A stretch of 64,000 nucleotides of DNA. Source: an uncultured bacterium. Lineage in GTDB: Bacteria; Cyanobacteriota; Vampirovibrionia; Gastranaerophilales; Gastranaerophilaceae. Below, piece after piece: positions 1-9,663 of the stretch; the first letter of the stretch is position 1; each line of letters opens with the position of its first letter. A program made the translations under genes and the position numbers. The notes beneath the pieces are model-generated. The model saw nothing but the letters and a program-made list of their open reading frames with translations, searched no databases and had not been told where the DNA came from. Location: positions 810-64,809 of the forward strand of contig URYF01000002.1 of assembly GCA_900551965.1 (NCBI GenBank). The letters are read 5' to 3'.

Positions 1-1
1 T

Positions 2-649
2 TTAGATATCAGACTGGAAGATGTCAATGACAGGATAGCTGACCTGCCTGCTAATCTTAAATATAGTATCGGCAAGCCTCAAAAGTCAGGTTACGAAGAT
101 ATCCAAATGAGATTTATCAGAAATTTTGATAAAAAAGCAAACCCGGTTCAGCACGAATTAATTGTCTTATTCGGACCAAATTACGCACACGCAAAACATA
201 ATGAATCAACATATGTATATAAATTTTTAAGACTATTCGATGAATTACAAGTCAATCTTGAAAATACTGAAATCGGCTCTCATGCCCATAAAGCTAAAAG
301 ATATATTGATTTAATAATGCAAATGTTTAGAGGTAAAGTTTCTCAAAAAGAATTCCTTATCGGCAAAAACAAAGATTATGCAGGAATTGATGACGAAATC
401 AATATTTCTTTTTCTAATGCGGATAAAGATTTATTCAAAAACTATTTCAACGGACTAAATGAAAGAGTTACATCTGTGTACTCAGCGCTAAGAAAAACTG
501 CAACCCGCTCGGAAAAAGGGAAATTAACCAAAGCTGAAAAAGCTGATAAAGCTATATTGGCAGAAATAAAAAAAGGATTAACTGCTACAATAAAACATTA
601 TAACGATCAGGGTAAAACAAAAGCTGTCTTAGATGCTCCTATAGCATAA
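2..649 (+). CDS. hypothetical protein, 5'-partial (frame open to window start)
   Basis: The ORF track starts at the first Met (107). The same frame has no stop back to nt 2 (LDIRLEDVNDRIADLPANLKYSIGKPQKSGYEDIQ-MRF...), so the gene probably starts upstream of the window. No recognisable motifs. Confidence 0.45.
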   Translation, partial: LDIRLEDVNDRIADLPANLKYSIGKPQKSGYEDIQMRFIRNFDKKANPVQHELIVLFGPNYAHAKHNESTYVYKFLRLFDELQVNLENTEIGSHAHKAKRYIDLIMQMFRGKVSQKEFLIGKNKDYAGIDDEINISFSNADKDLFKNYFNGLNERVTSVYSALRKTATRSEKGKLTKAEKADKAILAEIKKGLTATIKHYNDQGKTKAVLDAPIA

Positions 650-705
650 ATGATATTCAATATTGTTTTAATGACTTTTAAAAATATTGTGCTATAATTC
701 TGTGT

Positions 706-1578
706 ATGTTTAAATACTATGGAAAAACTGCACCGTATTTGTTTTTACTGCCAGCTTTTATAGTGTTGGTAATATTCTTTTTTATACCGTTTTTCCAAAC
801 TATATTACTCAGTTTTCAAAACTATTCAACAAACATTTATCAGCCGGATTTTGCCGGGCTAAAGAATTATTTTGAAATCCTGCATAATCCTATATTTTAT
901 AAAGTTATGTGGAATACAGTAATATATCTTATTGCTGCAGTTCCGGTTTTAGCAATACTTCCGCTGTTTTTAGCAATATTAATCAATCAAAAAATCAAAG
1001 GAATCACCTTATATAAAATTTTGATTTATCTTCCTGTAATTGTTTCAATCGTTGTAGCTGCAATTGCGTTCAAGTGGCTTTATGCAGAACAAGGAATTTT
1101 AAATTATATATTAAACGTTTTCCATATAAATTCAATAGGCTGGCTCACAGATCCTAAATATGCAATTTATTCTGTCATACTTGTAACAATCTGGAAAGGT
1201 ATCGGATATTATATGATGATTTACCTTGCAGCACTAATGAGTGTACCTAAAGAATTATATGAAGCCTGTGATATAGACGGAGCAGGATTTTTAAGAAAAC
1301 ATTTAACCGTAACAATTCCGCATATAATGCCGACTATTGCGCTTGTCACAACAATCAGCTCAATTTCTGCAATGAAAATATTTGCTGAAATTTATGTTAT
1401 GACAAAAGGCGGACCTTTAAATTCTACAAAAACAATCGTTTATTACATCTACGAAAAAGCCTTTGAAAATCTTGATTTGGGCTATGCTTCCGCAATGGCA
1501 GTAATCCTTTTGGCCATTGTTATGGCATTTTCGTTGGTAAATATTTTCTGCTTTGAAAGGAACAAATATCAGATATGA
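706..1578 (+). CDS. ABC transporter permease, CUT1 sugar type (MalF/UgpA-like)
   Basis: 290 aa with multiple TM helices. Binding-protein-dependent transport EAA loop 'ELYEACDIDGAGFLRKHLTVTIPHIMP'. Confidence 0.85.
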   Translation: MFKYYGKTAPYLFLLPAFIVLVIFFFIPFFQTILLSFQNYSTNIYQPDFAGLKNYFEILHNPIFYKVMWNTVIYLIAAVPVLAILPLFLAILINQKIKGITLYKILIYLPVIVSIVVAAIAFKWLYAEQGILNYILNVFHINSIGWLTDPKYAIYSVILVTIWKGIGYYMMIYLAALMSVPKELYEACDIDGAGFLRKHLTVTIPHIMPTIALVTTISSISAMKIFAEIYVMTKGGPLNSTKTIVYYIYEKAFENLDLGYASAMAVILLAIVMAFSLVNIFCFERNKYQI

Positions 1579-2465
1579 TAAATAGAACTGCAAACATAAA
1601 AAAAATCATTCTTAACTTGTTTCAGAATATAAAATTAAAAAATTTCTGGATACATCTTGTATTGATATTTGTATCATTATTATCTATCTTTCCGTTCATT
1701 TGGCTGGTATCAACATCACTAAAAGGAAGCGGAGAAAACATCTTTGCCTATCCGCCTTCTATAATCCCTCAGGATTTTACCTGGGCAAATTACAGTGGAG
1801 TTTGGCATAAGGTTGATTTAATGCGATATTTTATTAACAGTATGATAGTTGCTGGAGGCACAGTTTTATTAAACCTGGTTCTATCATCTCTTGCCGGCTA
1901 CCCGCTTGCAAGGATGGAATTTAAAGGAAAAAAAATCGCATTTTTCGCAATACTGGCAACAATTATGGTGCCATTCCAGGCAATAATGCTTCCTGTTTAT
2001 CTTATAACATTAAAACTGCACCTTGTAGACAGTGTCAATGATACGATGGGATTTATCGGTTTGATAATGCCGTTTGCGGTCAGTGCATTTGGAATATTTT
2101 TAATGCGTCAGGCATTTTTGGCAATCCCGAGAGAAATGGAAGAAGCCGCAATAGTTGATGGGTGTAATGTTTTTCAAGTATTTTGGAAAGTCTTATTACC
2201 TATGGTAAAACCATCACTTGCTGTTCTTGCGATTTTCACATTCATAGGCTCATGGGGAGAATTCTTATGGCCAAGTATTGTTCTAACAAAAGAAGCAATG
2301 TACACCCTGCCTGTTGGGGTAAACAATTTACAGGGAATGTTTTCTTCTAACTGGAGGTATATTGCGGCAGGCTCGGTAATTTCAACAATACCTATTATAA
2401 TATTTTTCCTTGCAATGCAAAAATATTTTATCTCCGGAGAAAACGAAGGAGCCGTAAAAGGTTAA
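1575..2465 (+). CDS. ABC transporter permease, CUT1 sugar type (MalG/UgpE-like)
   Basis: 296 aa. 4-nt ATGA overlap with the upstream permease. EAA loop 'MEEAAIVDGCNVFQVFWKVLLPMVKPS'. Confidence 0.85.
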   Translation: MINRTANIKKIILNLFQNIKLKNFWIHLVLIFVSLLSIFPFIWLVSTSLKGSGENIFAYPPSIIPQDFTWANYSGVWHKVDLMRYFINSMIVAGGTVLLNLVLSSLAGYPLARMEFKGKKIAFFAILATIMVPFQAIMLPVYLITLKLHLVDSVNDTMGFIGLIMPFAVSAFGIFLMRQAFLAIPREMEEAAIVDGCNVFQVFWKVLLPMVKPSLAVLAIFTFIGSWGEFLWPSIVLTKEAMYTLPVGVNNLQGMFSSNWRYIAAGSVISTIPIIIFFLAMQKYFISGENEGAVKG

Positions 2466-2470
2466 CCGCC

Positions 2471-3826
2471 CTAAGCCGCTGGACGGCTGTTCAGAGCAGA
2501 AATATCAAGCTTAATTCTTTTCCTTGAAAGCTTATAAATCGTATTAGAAAAATCTGTTATATATTTAGGACTGATACCATGTTTTGAAAAAGTGCCATCA
2601 TGATAAAGCCTGATAAGTTTATCAACATACATCTGACAATATTTTGGAGTATCAGGACATAATTTAAGCTGTTTTGTAAATTCAAGATTTTTACGTTTTG
2701 AATTTTCTCTGGTACAAGCTCCTGCAAAATTATACATTTCATCAGGTCCGCCGCAAGAGCGAGGAAGCAAATGTTCAACAGATGCAAGTGACGGCCAAAT
2801 CAATCTGTGACCGATTTTATCAACAGGTTCTGCAACAACTTTAAGAATAAAGGCTGACGTACTTTCTTGAGATGTAGGAAGCTTTTGCGCCACTGTCAAA
2901 AATTTTTCCTGCAAATCTTTATTCGGTAAATCCTCTATTATCTTCGCAAGGTCATAAATAAAAGATTTTCTGGTAAACGGCACAACTATTTCCTGCTTGC
3001 TCAATCTTGATTTGGCAGTTGCTATAAGATCTTTTAACTGTTCATTATTTTTTAATACAGACTTTTTCAAAATAAGTTCCATAAAATTGATAACATTTTT
3101 CTGTCTCTCAATAGTATTTGCACTTGTCGTATTGGCAAACTTTTTAGACTCCTTGAGGAGCTTATTCATAACCTTTTTGGATTTTATATCCTGTCCATTT
3201 TGAATATCGTCTTTTATTTTAGCAAGTTTATATTTAAATTCATAAGATGAAAAAGGGATAATAACAGGTTTTTCATTCAATTTTTTTGAGGTATCCTGCA
3301 TAAGAATTTTAAATTTATGCTGGTACTTCTCAGGAAGCTGATGAGACAGCTCAATCAATTCATGAAAAATCGGTGTCTGCTTCTTTCTAAGCCTTCTGCT
3401 AAATACAGGTTTAACCTCTTCCAATATTTCTTTAATATTTTTCTCAGGATGAATAAGTGCTCTTTCCCGAATTATATCAATAACTTTAGCTTCTATCCCG
3501 ACAAAACTGTCCTTGTGCGGATCTATAACCTGCATAACATCTGATGCAGAACGATTAAACAATTTTACTTTCATCCAGCGGCTGAGTAATTTTGGGTCAA
3601 TCATCGGAATACCGGAATAAATACAGGGAAGTTTATAGGCAAAAAGCATGCGAAGCTTTGAAGAATTTTGTATTCCGCAAAAACTCACAGGATAATAACA
3701 AGGCATGCACTTTAAATCATTTCCGGCAGAAAGTGTTTCATAAGAAGTATTCCGCCAATCGCTTTCTGATTGGCAGTCAGCCTTGTAAACATTTAAATTT
3801 GCCGCTGTAATTGCCCGAATCTTCAT
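2471..3826 (-). CDS. ORFan with C-terminal HNH-like nuclease motif (paralogue A, downstream gene of pair)
   Basis: 451 aa. AGGAAG lies in the 10-nt spacer after the stop of the upstream paralogue. 'VEHLLPRSCGGPDEMYNFAGACTRENSKRKN' gives H, N(+14), N(+23) spacing as in SpCas9 '[30 protein letters not shown]'. The block 'PF[ST]...F.YKLAKI' is duplicated internally. Confidence 0.6.
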   Translation of the reverse strand: MKIRAITAANLNVYKADCQSESDWRNTSYETLSAGNDLKCMPCYYPVSFCGIQNSSKLRMLFAYKLPCIYSGIPMIDPKLLSRWMKVKLFNRSASDVMQVIDPHKDSFVGIEAKVIDIIRERALIHPEKNIKEILEEVKPVFSRRLRKKQTPIFHELIELSHQLPEKYQHKFKILMQDTSKKLNEKPVIIPFSSYEFKYKLAKIKDDIQNGQDIKSKKVMNKLLKESKKFANTTSANTIERQKNVINFMELILKKSVLKNNEQLKDLIATAKSRLSKQEIVVPFTRKSFIYDLAKIIEDLPNKDLQEKFLTVAQKLPTSQESTSAFILKVVAEPVDKIGHRLIWPSLASVEHLLPRSCGGPDEMYNFAGACTRENSKRKNLEFTKQLKLCPDTPKYCQMYVDKLIRLYHDGTFSKHGISPKYITDFSNTIYKLSRKRIKLDISALNSRPAA

Positions 3827-3836
3827 AGTCTTCCTA

Positions 3837-5201
3837 TTAATATTTTAACGCATTTGTATCCAAAATTAAAGGGGCATCATCTTTTGTAAGCTTTAAAATT
3901 TGTCTGGCAAAACTTCTGATATAATTAGGACTAAATCCGATTTCTTCAAATACACCAACATTTGCAAGTTCTATAAGTCTGTCCGTCTGAGCTTGGCAAT
4001 ATTCAGAAATCTCAGGATTTTTCCGAAGAAAAATAGAGAATGACATATGAGCTTTTTTAGAATTCATATAAGCTGAGCTCAATCCATAATTATCAATATT
4101 ATCAAGACCCCTCTTATAATGGTGTGCCAGCAAATGATCTACAGCTCCAATAGAACCGCTGAGTAAATCATATCCGATTTGTTCAGCAGAACGATCCGCA
4201 GCTTTCATTATAAACGCAGAAAGATTATCTTTTGATGTAGGAAGCTTGACTGCAACTTGTTCTAAACGACGTGCTAATTTTTTATCCTCAAGCCTGTCCG
4301 TAATTTTCTGCAGCTCATATATAAATGACTTTCTGTTAAATTTTATATTTGTAGGAACCTTATAAACTTTTGACTTTGAAACCTCAATCAAATCCCTTAA
4401 TTCTTTATTCTCTTTTAATAAAGATCGCTCAAAATAATCAGAGACTTTCAACACCATATCGAGCTGCCTGCGCTCATATTTTTTCATTGGAAAGTTTGAA
4501 CTTAAACGCTTTTCTTTTGAAATATCGGCAACAGAATTACTCAATTTTATGATTTTATTGATGGAATCAATCTCATAAGGTTTGCCGGTTTGTGCAATAC
4601 GCTCTTTTATCCTCCCTAATTTATATTGAAATTCCTTAACACTAAAAGGTATAAACACTGGTTCGTTCGAAAGTTTTTTATTTGTAATATATCGCAAGTA
4701 GTTATATTGTTCTAACAAATCAGGCGGCATTTGAGAAGCTAAAAGATCCAATTCCGCAAAAATCGGCTGCTGTATTTGGGATAATTTTTTACTATGATAC
4801 GGAACAAGTTTGTGAATAAATTCATCTAACCTGGATTTTGGAGAGCGCTTAGCTTCAGCTTTTATTAAACTTAAAACTTCTTTTTCTACAGGAAACAGAG
4901 AATCTCGATAATTCTTTAATACTCTGTAAACACTTCGCAATGACTTTGAAAAAACTCTCCTTTTTAATAGATCCTTAACATTATCCGAATCAATCAAAAT
5001 AACATCTGAATACATATCAGGAATCCCGTAGCGGAGAAGTTTCCGTAAACTTTCAGCATTTGGAGCACTTCCTCTGCCTGAAAATGAAACAGTATCAGCC
5101 TGTAAAGATTTCATTACAGGGACAGAACAGTACGTTCGCCTGTTTATAGCAGCCGGCTGTGAATATGTCACATTTAATAAATTTACCCCTGTAATATTCA
5201 T
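3837..5201 (-). CDS. ORFan with HNH-like motif (paralogue B, upstream gene of pair)
   Basis: 454 aa, colinear with 2471..3826 (shared blocks PIF.EL, PV.IPFS..EF.YKL, RKSFIY.L.KI, KLPTS....SAFI.K). Motif 'VDHLLAHHYKRGLDNIDNYGLSSAYMNSKKA' keeps DH...N...N..K but lacks the P-x-S and Cys residues of paralogue A. Confidence 0.6.
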   Translation of the reverse strand: MNITGVNLLNVTYSQPAAINRRTYCSVPVMKSLQADTVSFSGRGSAPNAESLRKLLRYGIPDMYSDVILIDSDNVKDLLKRRVFSKSLRSVYRVLKNYRDSLFPVEKEVLSLIKAEAKRSPKSRLDEFIHKLVPYHSKKLSQIQQPIFAELDLLASQMPPDLLEQYNYLRYITNKKLSNEPVFIPFSVKEFQYKLGRIKERIAQTGKPYEIDSINKIIKLSNSVADISKEKRLSSNFPMKKYERRQLDMVLKVSDYFERSLLKENKELRDLIEVSKSKVYKVPTNIKFNRKSFIYELQKITDRLEDKKLARRLEQVAVKLPTSKDNLSAFIMKAADRSAEQIGYDLLSGSIGAVDHLLAHHYKRGLDNIDNYGLSSAYMNSKKAHMSFSIFLRKNPEISEYCQAQTDRLIELANVGVFEEIGFSPNYIRSFARQILKLTKDDAPLILDTNALKY

Positions 5202-5304
5202 ATTCTATAAATACACAATAACAAAAAATTTTGCCAGCATATTACAAAAAATTTATATCCTCATCTGCTATTTACTAAACCTTAAAATAATAATATAATA
5301 ATTT

Positions 5305-6261
5305 GTGATGAATATTCTAGAAGTTAAAAATCTAAATTTAGGCTTTAGAGGAGAAAATGCTTTTAGGCAGGCGCTTTTTGATGTTTCTTTCACGCTTAAA
5401 AAAGGAAAGATGCTTTCTATTGTCGGCGAATCAGGCTGCGGCAAAACAATGAGCGCGATGAGTATCTTAAACCTCATTCCCAAAACAGCACAAATCACAT
5501 CCGGTGAAATATTTTTTAACAGAGAAAATCTACTTGCTAAAACCCAAAAAGAAATGCAGCATATAAGGGGGTCTAAAATTGCACTAATCCCGCAAGATCC
5601 GATGACATCGCTTAACCCATTATATACAGTCGGCGACCAATTACTTGAAATTATAAAAATTCACCATAATTTATCAGGCACACTGGCAGAAAAAAAAGCA
5701 ATAGAAGCATTTGAAGCAGTACAAATTCCCGGAGCAAAATCCAGATTAAAAAATTACCCGCATGAGTTTTCAGGCGGAATGAAGCAGCGCGCAATAATTG
5801 CTATGGCACTGGCTTGTGATGCGGAAATTCTTATTGCTGATGAACCTACAACCGCACTTGATGTAACAATTCAGGCCCAAATAATGAATCTTCTGGAAGA
5901 AATTAAAATAAATAACAATACCTCAATTTTGCTTATCACCCATGACCTTGCCCTTGTCAGTGAGAACTCCGATGATATCGCCGTTATGTATGCCGGCCGT
6001 ATTGTTGAAAATGCGCCAAACAAAGAGTTTTTCTCAAGCCCAAATCACCCGTATTCTCAAGCATTGTTAAAATCTTTGCCAAGCAATAGAGGAGAAAAAT
6101 TAGAAACAATTCAAGGGCAGCCGCCAACTTTATCTCAACAAATCAATGGCTGTAAATTCCACCCAAGATGCGCATATTGTATGGAAATTTGTACTCACAA
6201 AATCCCTGAGCTTAAAGAAATCTCAAAAAATCACAATAGCGCCTGCTTTTTGAACAGATAG
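5305..6261 (+). CDS. oligopeptide/dipeptide-type ABC transporter ATP-binding protein (OppD/DppD-like)
   Basis: Walker A 'GESGCGKT', signature 'FSGGMKQR', Walker B 'ILIADEPTTALD', 'ITHDL', Opp-type C-terminal extension 'GCKFHPRCAYCMEIC'. Alternative starts at GTG 5305 and ATG 5308. Confidence 0.9.
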   Translation: MMNILEVKNLNLGFRGENAFRQALFDVSFTLKKGKMLSIVGESGCGKTMSAMSILNLIPKTAQITSGEIFFNRENLLAKTQKEMQHIRGSKIALIPQDPMTSLNPLYTVGDQLLEIIKIHHNLSGTLAEKKAIEAFEAVQIPGAKSRLKNYPHEFSGGMKQRAIIAMALACDAEILIADEPTTALDVTIQAQIMNLLEEIKINNNTSILLITHDLALVSENSDDIAVMYAGRIVENAPNKEFFSSPNHPYSQALLKSLPSNRGEKLETIQGQPPTLSQQINGCKFHPRCAYCMEICTHKIPELKEISKNHNSACFLNR

Positions 6262-6292
6262 AATATTATTTATAAATTACACGTTTGTTATA

Positions 6293-7363
6293 CTACAAAC
6301 CGGATTTTTCATTTAACTTGAAGTAATCTATCATTGCCAATATTGAAATCAATTCATTAAAAAATACCTGCATGTGCTCGGTTCCATTCAAAGGTGTGAA
6401 TAAATTTCCAAGTTCAAAAAGATCCTTACATGATGTAATTGCAAACATTACACTCTTGCCATAAAAAGAACATTTTGCATTATAAGCCTCAAACGAAGTT
6501 TGTAAGTTTTTAAACCTATCCATAAATGCTGTAGTTAAAAGATATCTTGCTTCAATTTCATCAGAAGAATAAACATTATATTGCTTATTAAATTCAACAT
6601 CTTCTAACATTACCCGATTAAGTTTTGATTTTTTCTTATTTGTTAGGTTTACGGCAATTCCGCAAATAAGTAAGACCGCAACAAATCCTATTGATAACAC
6701 TCTCACCCAAAAGAAAGAATTTTGTATAATCCCGGGAATAAAGATTAAAGCAATTGTAAAAAATACCAAACTACGATTTTGTATATCCATGTCACCTTTT
6801 GTAGAAACAATAGTAGTATTACTAATATCTTTATTTGAGGCAAAATCAATTATAACTCCGTCAAAAACACCATGTGTCACCCGATCCCTTCCGGAACCTG
6901 CAACTTCACTTAATTTAGTTTCTGAAACAATAAATTTAACACCTTTATATTTACCAACAAAAACATCATCGTCTTCTCTTGTATTAAACCCGGAAAAAAG
7001 CTCACTTTTTCTTAGTTTAGTATCCGATAACTTGGATTCTTCGGGATACCAGTTCATTATTCCAAACGCATTCATAATTTTTGTCATACAGGCATTTTTA
7101 AATTCTGCGGTAAAATTTTTATTTAAGTCTCCAAGATACAATGAGCCAAAGTATAAGACAAAAATATACAAAAAGATATATGCCATACAAAAATATAACA
7201 TTAAAAGAAATATTATAACCATTAGAAATAACACCAATGTAAACTTCACAAATAGAGCTTTTCTTTTTTTCTCATATTCATTCATCAATGGAGCTATGTC
7301 AGAATAGTATATTTTATGAAAATCTCTTTTTAGTTCTGCTAAATTTTTTGTATCATTTGTCAT
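6293..7363 (-). CDS. membrane protein, DUF3137-like
   Basis: 356 aa. N-terminal and central TM pairs. 'SELFSGFNTREDDDVFVGKYKGVKFIVSETKL', 'FDGVIIDFASNK' and 'LEDVEFNKQYNVYSSDEIEARYLLTTAFMDRF' match my recollection of the DUF3137 pattern. Confidence 0.55.
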   Translation of the reverse strand: MTNDTKNLAELKRDFHKIYYSDIAPLMNEYEKKRKALFVKFTLVLFLMVIIFLLMLYFCMAYIFLYIFVLYFGSLYLGDLNKNFTAEFKNACMTKIMNAFGIMNWYPEESKLSDTKLRKSELFSGFNTREDDDVFVGKYKGVKFIVSETKLSEVAGSGRDRVTHGVFDGVIIDFASNKDISNTTIVSTKGDMDIQNRSLVFFTIALIFIPGIIQNSFFWVRVLSIGFVAVLLICGIAVNLTNKKKSKLNRVMLEDVEFNKQYNVYSSDEIEARYLLTTAFMDRFKNLQTSFEAYNAKCSFYGKSVMFAITSCKDLFELGNLFTPLNGTEHMQVFFNELISILAMIDYFKLNEKSGL

Positions 7364-7378
7364 TTTTGTTATTCTCCT

Positions 7379-8518
7379 TTATATTCCATAATCAGGATCA
7401 AACAACGATATTGACGGGCATTTCCCAAAATTTTCCAAAATTGCTTGATCAAGGTCTTCTGTTGCTACAATTTTTCCGTTTATGAAATTTATCCCCGGAG
7501 AAGTTATTGTTTCTCCAAAAGAATCTTTTTTAGTTTCTTTTGCCTTTATATCTTTATCATTTTTAGCCATATGCTGAGCAGTTTTGCGCTTTTCTTCTTC
7601 CAGAATTGTTTTTAAATATCTTCTGTATTCCTGATTTTGATATACATTACGCGTTATATCGTTCATAACTATTGCAACATACTGCTGCAATGCAGAATTT
7701 TCGTCAAGTGCGGTTATAAGAGTTGTTGCTTTATCAATCTCTTCATAAGCTTCTTTATAATGACGTCGTTTTCTTAACAAAAGTGCAAGATTATAATGCG
7801 CCTCATAATTCATCGGGGCAATATTTATAGCTTTGCAATAGCATCTTCCCGCCCTGTCGTAATCACCACTTGTATGATAAGCAACCCCTAAATTATACTG
7901 AGCATCATAACTATTTGGATTAATCTCTATAGATTTTTGATAAGCTTCAATTGCCATATTCAAATATTTACGCTGCTGTTCCCAGTCCGCATTTGAATAT
8001 AAAGACTTTAACCGATAGGTAACCCCGATATTGTAATATGCAATAGCTTTATTCTCTTTAAAACTTACCTTGTTGTTAAAAATATATGGAATTGATATCA
8101 ATTTACGTTCGGTATTAATAATCTTGTTATATTGATCAAGTGCTTCATCAAAATTCCCGAGCTTTTCAGAAGTCACAATACCATAATTCATTCTGGCAAT
8201 CATCATCTTAGGATTATATTTGAAGGCTTGAGAATATGCATACAATGCAGAATGATAATCCTCATAAGCCACATATAAATTACCAAGATTATACCAAGCT
8301 CCGTAATGTTGAGGATATATGCTGAGAGCTTTATTATAATACTTAATAGCCTGAGGCACCTCCATTATTTTATATGCCTTATCACCTTTATAAACATAAT
8401 AAACACCTTTAACCTTGTTGAGCTGATGCGTCACAAACTGCCGGTTAAAATACCCTGCTACACATATCGCAGCAATAACAAATAGTGAAAATAAAGCTGA
8501 TAATAATTTCTTTAGCAC
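7379..8518 (-). CDS. TPR repeat protein with N-terminal membrane anchor
   Basis: 379 aa. N-terminal hydrophobic helix 'LLSALFSLFVIAAICVAGYF'. Repeated 34-aa TPR-like units (A..YY.KAL.I.P....A.YNLG..Y). Confidence 0.8.
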   Translation of the reverse strand: MLKKLLSALFSLFVIAAICVAGYFNRQFVTHQLNKVKGVYYVYKGDKAYKIMEVPQAIKYYNKALSIYPQHYGAWYNLGNLYVAYEDYHSALYAYSQAFKYNPKMMIARMNYGIVTSEKLGNFDEALDQYNKIINTERKLISIPYIFNNKVSFKENKAIAYYNIGVTYRLKSLYSNADWEQQRKYLNMAIEAYQKSIEINPNSYDAQYNLGVAYHTSGDYDRAGRCYCKAINIAPMNYEAHYNLALLLRKRRHYKEAYEEIDKATTLITALDENSALQQYVAIVMNDITRNVYQNQEYRRYLKTILEEEKRKTAQHMAKNDKDIKAKETKKDSFGETITSPGINFINGKIVATEDLDQAILENFGKCPSISLFDPDYGI

Positions 8519-8703
8519 AGAGATATCCTGATTTTATTATATACACAAACATAATAACTGCTACTCTATATATTTACATCAACTAAATAACCGAAGATTG
8601 TTAAGAAAAATTAACAAATATTTTAATTAAAGCAATTATACCCGAACAAAATTTTTTATATAAGTAAGGTAGGTTAAAGGTTAATATTTTTTGGAGGTTA
8701 GTT

Positions 8704-9441
8704 ATGACTAACGGCGTAAACGGCATCAATGGTATGCTTGTACCAAGCACTTTTCAATACAATCCAAATCCATACGGATTTGATGATATTGATATAGATT
8801 ACAGCATGTACCCAATGGGAATGAGTATGGGCGGAAGTATTTTTGGAATGGCTCCGATGATGGGAGCCGGCGATTATCAAAAGTTCTATATTGATTACAA
8901 TATTGACCAGCAAAAAATGCAGCGAAATGCAGATATGAGAATTAACGGTTCTATGGAAGCCGTAAAAGGTGCCGCTTCAGTTCTTCAAGATAAAATTATG
9001 AATAATGAACAAGACCAAATTGAAGAAGCATATAAAAACTATGTTAATACAGTCGGAATCGCATACGGAAGCGGATCAGCCCAAGAGGTTACAGCAAGGG
9101 CAAAAACTCTATATCAACAAATGACAGGAAAAACGATAGTTCAGCAACTGCGAGAATACGGTCACGGCTCAATGACTCAAGGATTCATCCAATCTTTGAC
9201 ATTTGGTGCATTCAACAGAAAATCAGCAGAAGATAACGTTTCTATGATAACTGGAGCTCCGGTTGGTACGACAGAAAAAACAAAACATAACGCAGGAAGA
9301 CTTGCAGGAGCCGCAACTGTCGGGGCAATAGCAGGCGGAATTGCAAAAGCCTGCAAAAGCGGTAAAGCTAAAATTATAGGACTGGCAGCAGGCGGAATTG
9401 CAGCAGCAATATCATTTATTACAGGTAAAGTAACTACATAA
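8704..9441 (+). CDS. hypothetical protein, Gly/Met-rich N-terminus, Gly-zipper C-terminal membrane segment
   Basis: 245 aa. GGAGG precedes the ATG. C-terminus 'GAATVGAIAGGIAKA...IIGLAAGGIAAAISFITG'. Followed by a strong terminator. No family recognised. Confidence 0.55.
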   Translation: MTNGVNGINGMLVPSTFQYNPNPYGFDDIDIDYSMYPMGMSMGGSIFGMAPMMGAGDYQKFYIDYNIDQQKMQRNADMRINGSMEAVKGAASVLQDKIMNNEQDQIEEAYKNYVNTVGIAYGSGSAQEVTARAKTLYQQMTGKTIVQQLREYGHGSMTQGFIQSLTFGAFNRKSAEDNVSMITGAPVGTTEKTKHNAGRLAGAATVGAIAGGIAKACKSGKAKIIGLAAGGIAAAISFITGKVTT

Positions 9442-9477
9442 TATAACTAATTTCCCAACTTCTTTAAAATCCCTTAC

Positions 9478-9512
9478 AAGCGCCTATCGCAAATCTGCGA
9501 TAGGCGCTTTTG
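9478..9512 (+). terminator. rho-independent terminator
   Basis: Perfect 13-bp stem AAGCGCCTATCGC / GCGATAGGCGCTT followed by a T-run, 37 nt after the stop at 9441. Confidence 0.8.
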
Positions 9513-9663
9513 AATCAAATAATAAAAAAATTCCTGCTAAAAGGAGTAATAGCAGGAACCAGTTCAGTAAAAGAGACATCAATTAATAACATTATTATCA
9601 CCTTTTAAAAATCGTCAAATAGATTTAATGGAAATTTTAAAAATTTTATTCTATAATCTTGGT

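Noticed and set aside
5305-6261. The orphan Opp-type ABC ATPase and the SBP/ATPase-less sugar permease pair (706-2465) as a possible novel transporter arrangement.
   Set aside because: Partner genes may lie elsewhere or upstream of the window. Scattered ABC components are common and cannot be evaluated within one window.
6789-7307. 172-aa plus-strand ORF antisense to the DUF3137-like gene. Similar long antisense ORFs occur at 39111-39689, 43844-44206, 61923-62252, 62640-63008, 16778-17152, 24126-24500, 11023-11304, 12225-12506, 19244-19561, 50684-51025, 51839-52201 and 56793-57092.
   Set aside because: Each lies entirely inside a longer opposite-strand ORF that carries clear family motifs. 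Their translations are low-complexity (F/L/I/S-rich) mirror images typical of shadow ORFs in AT-rich DNA.
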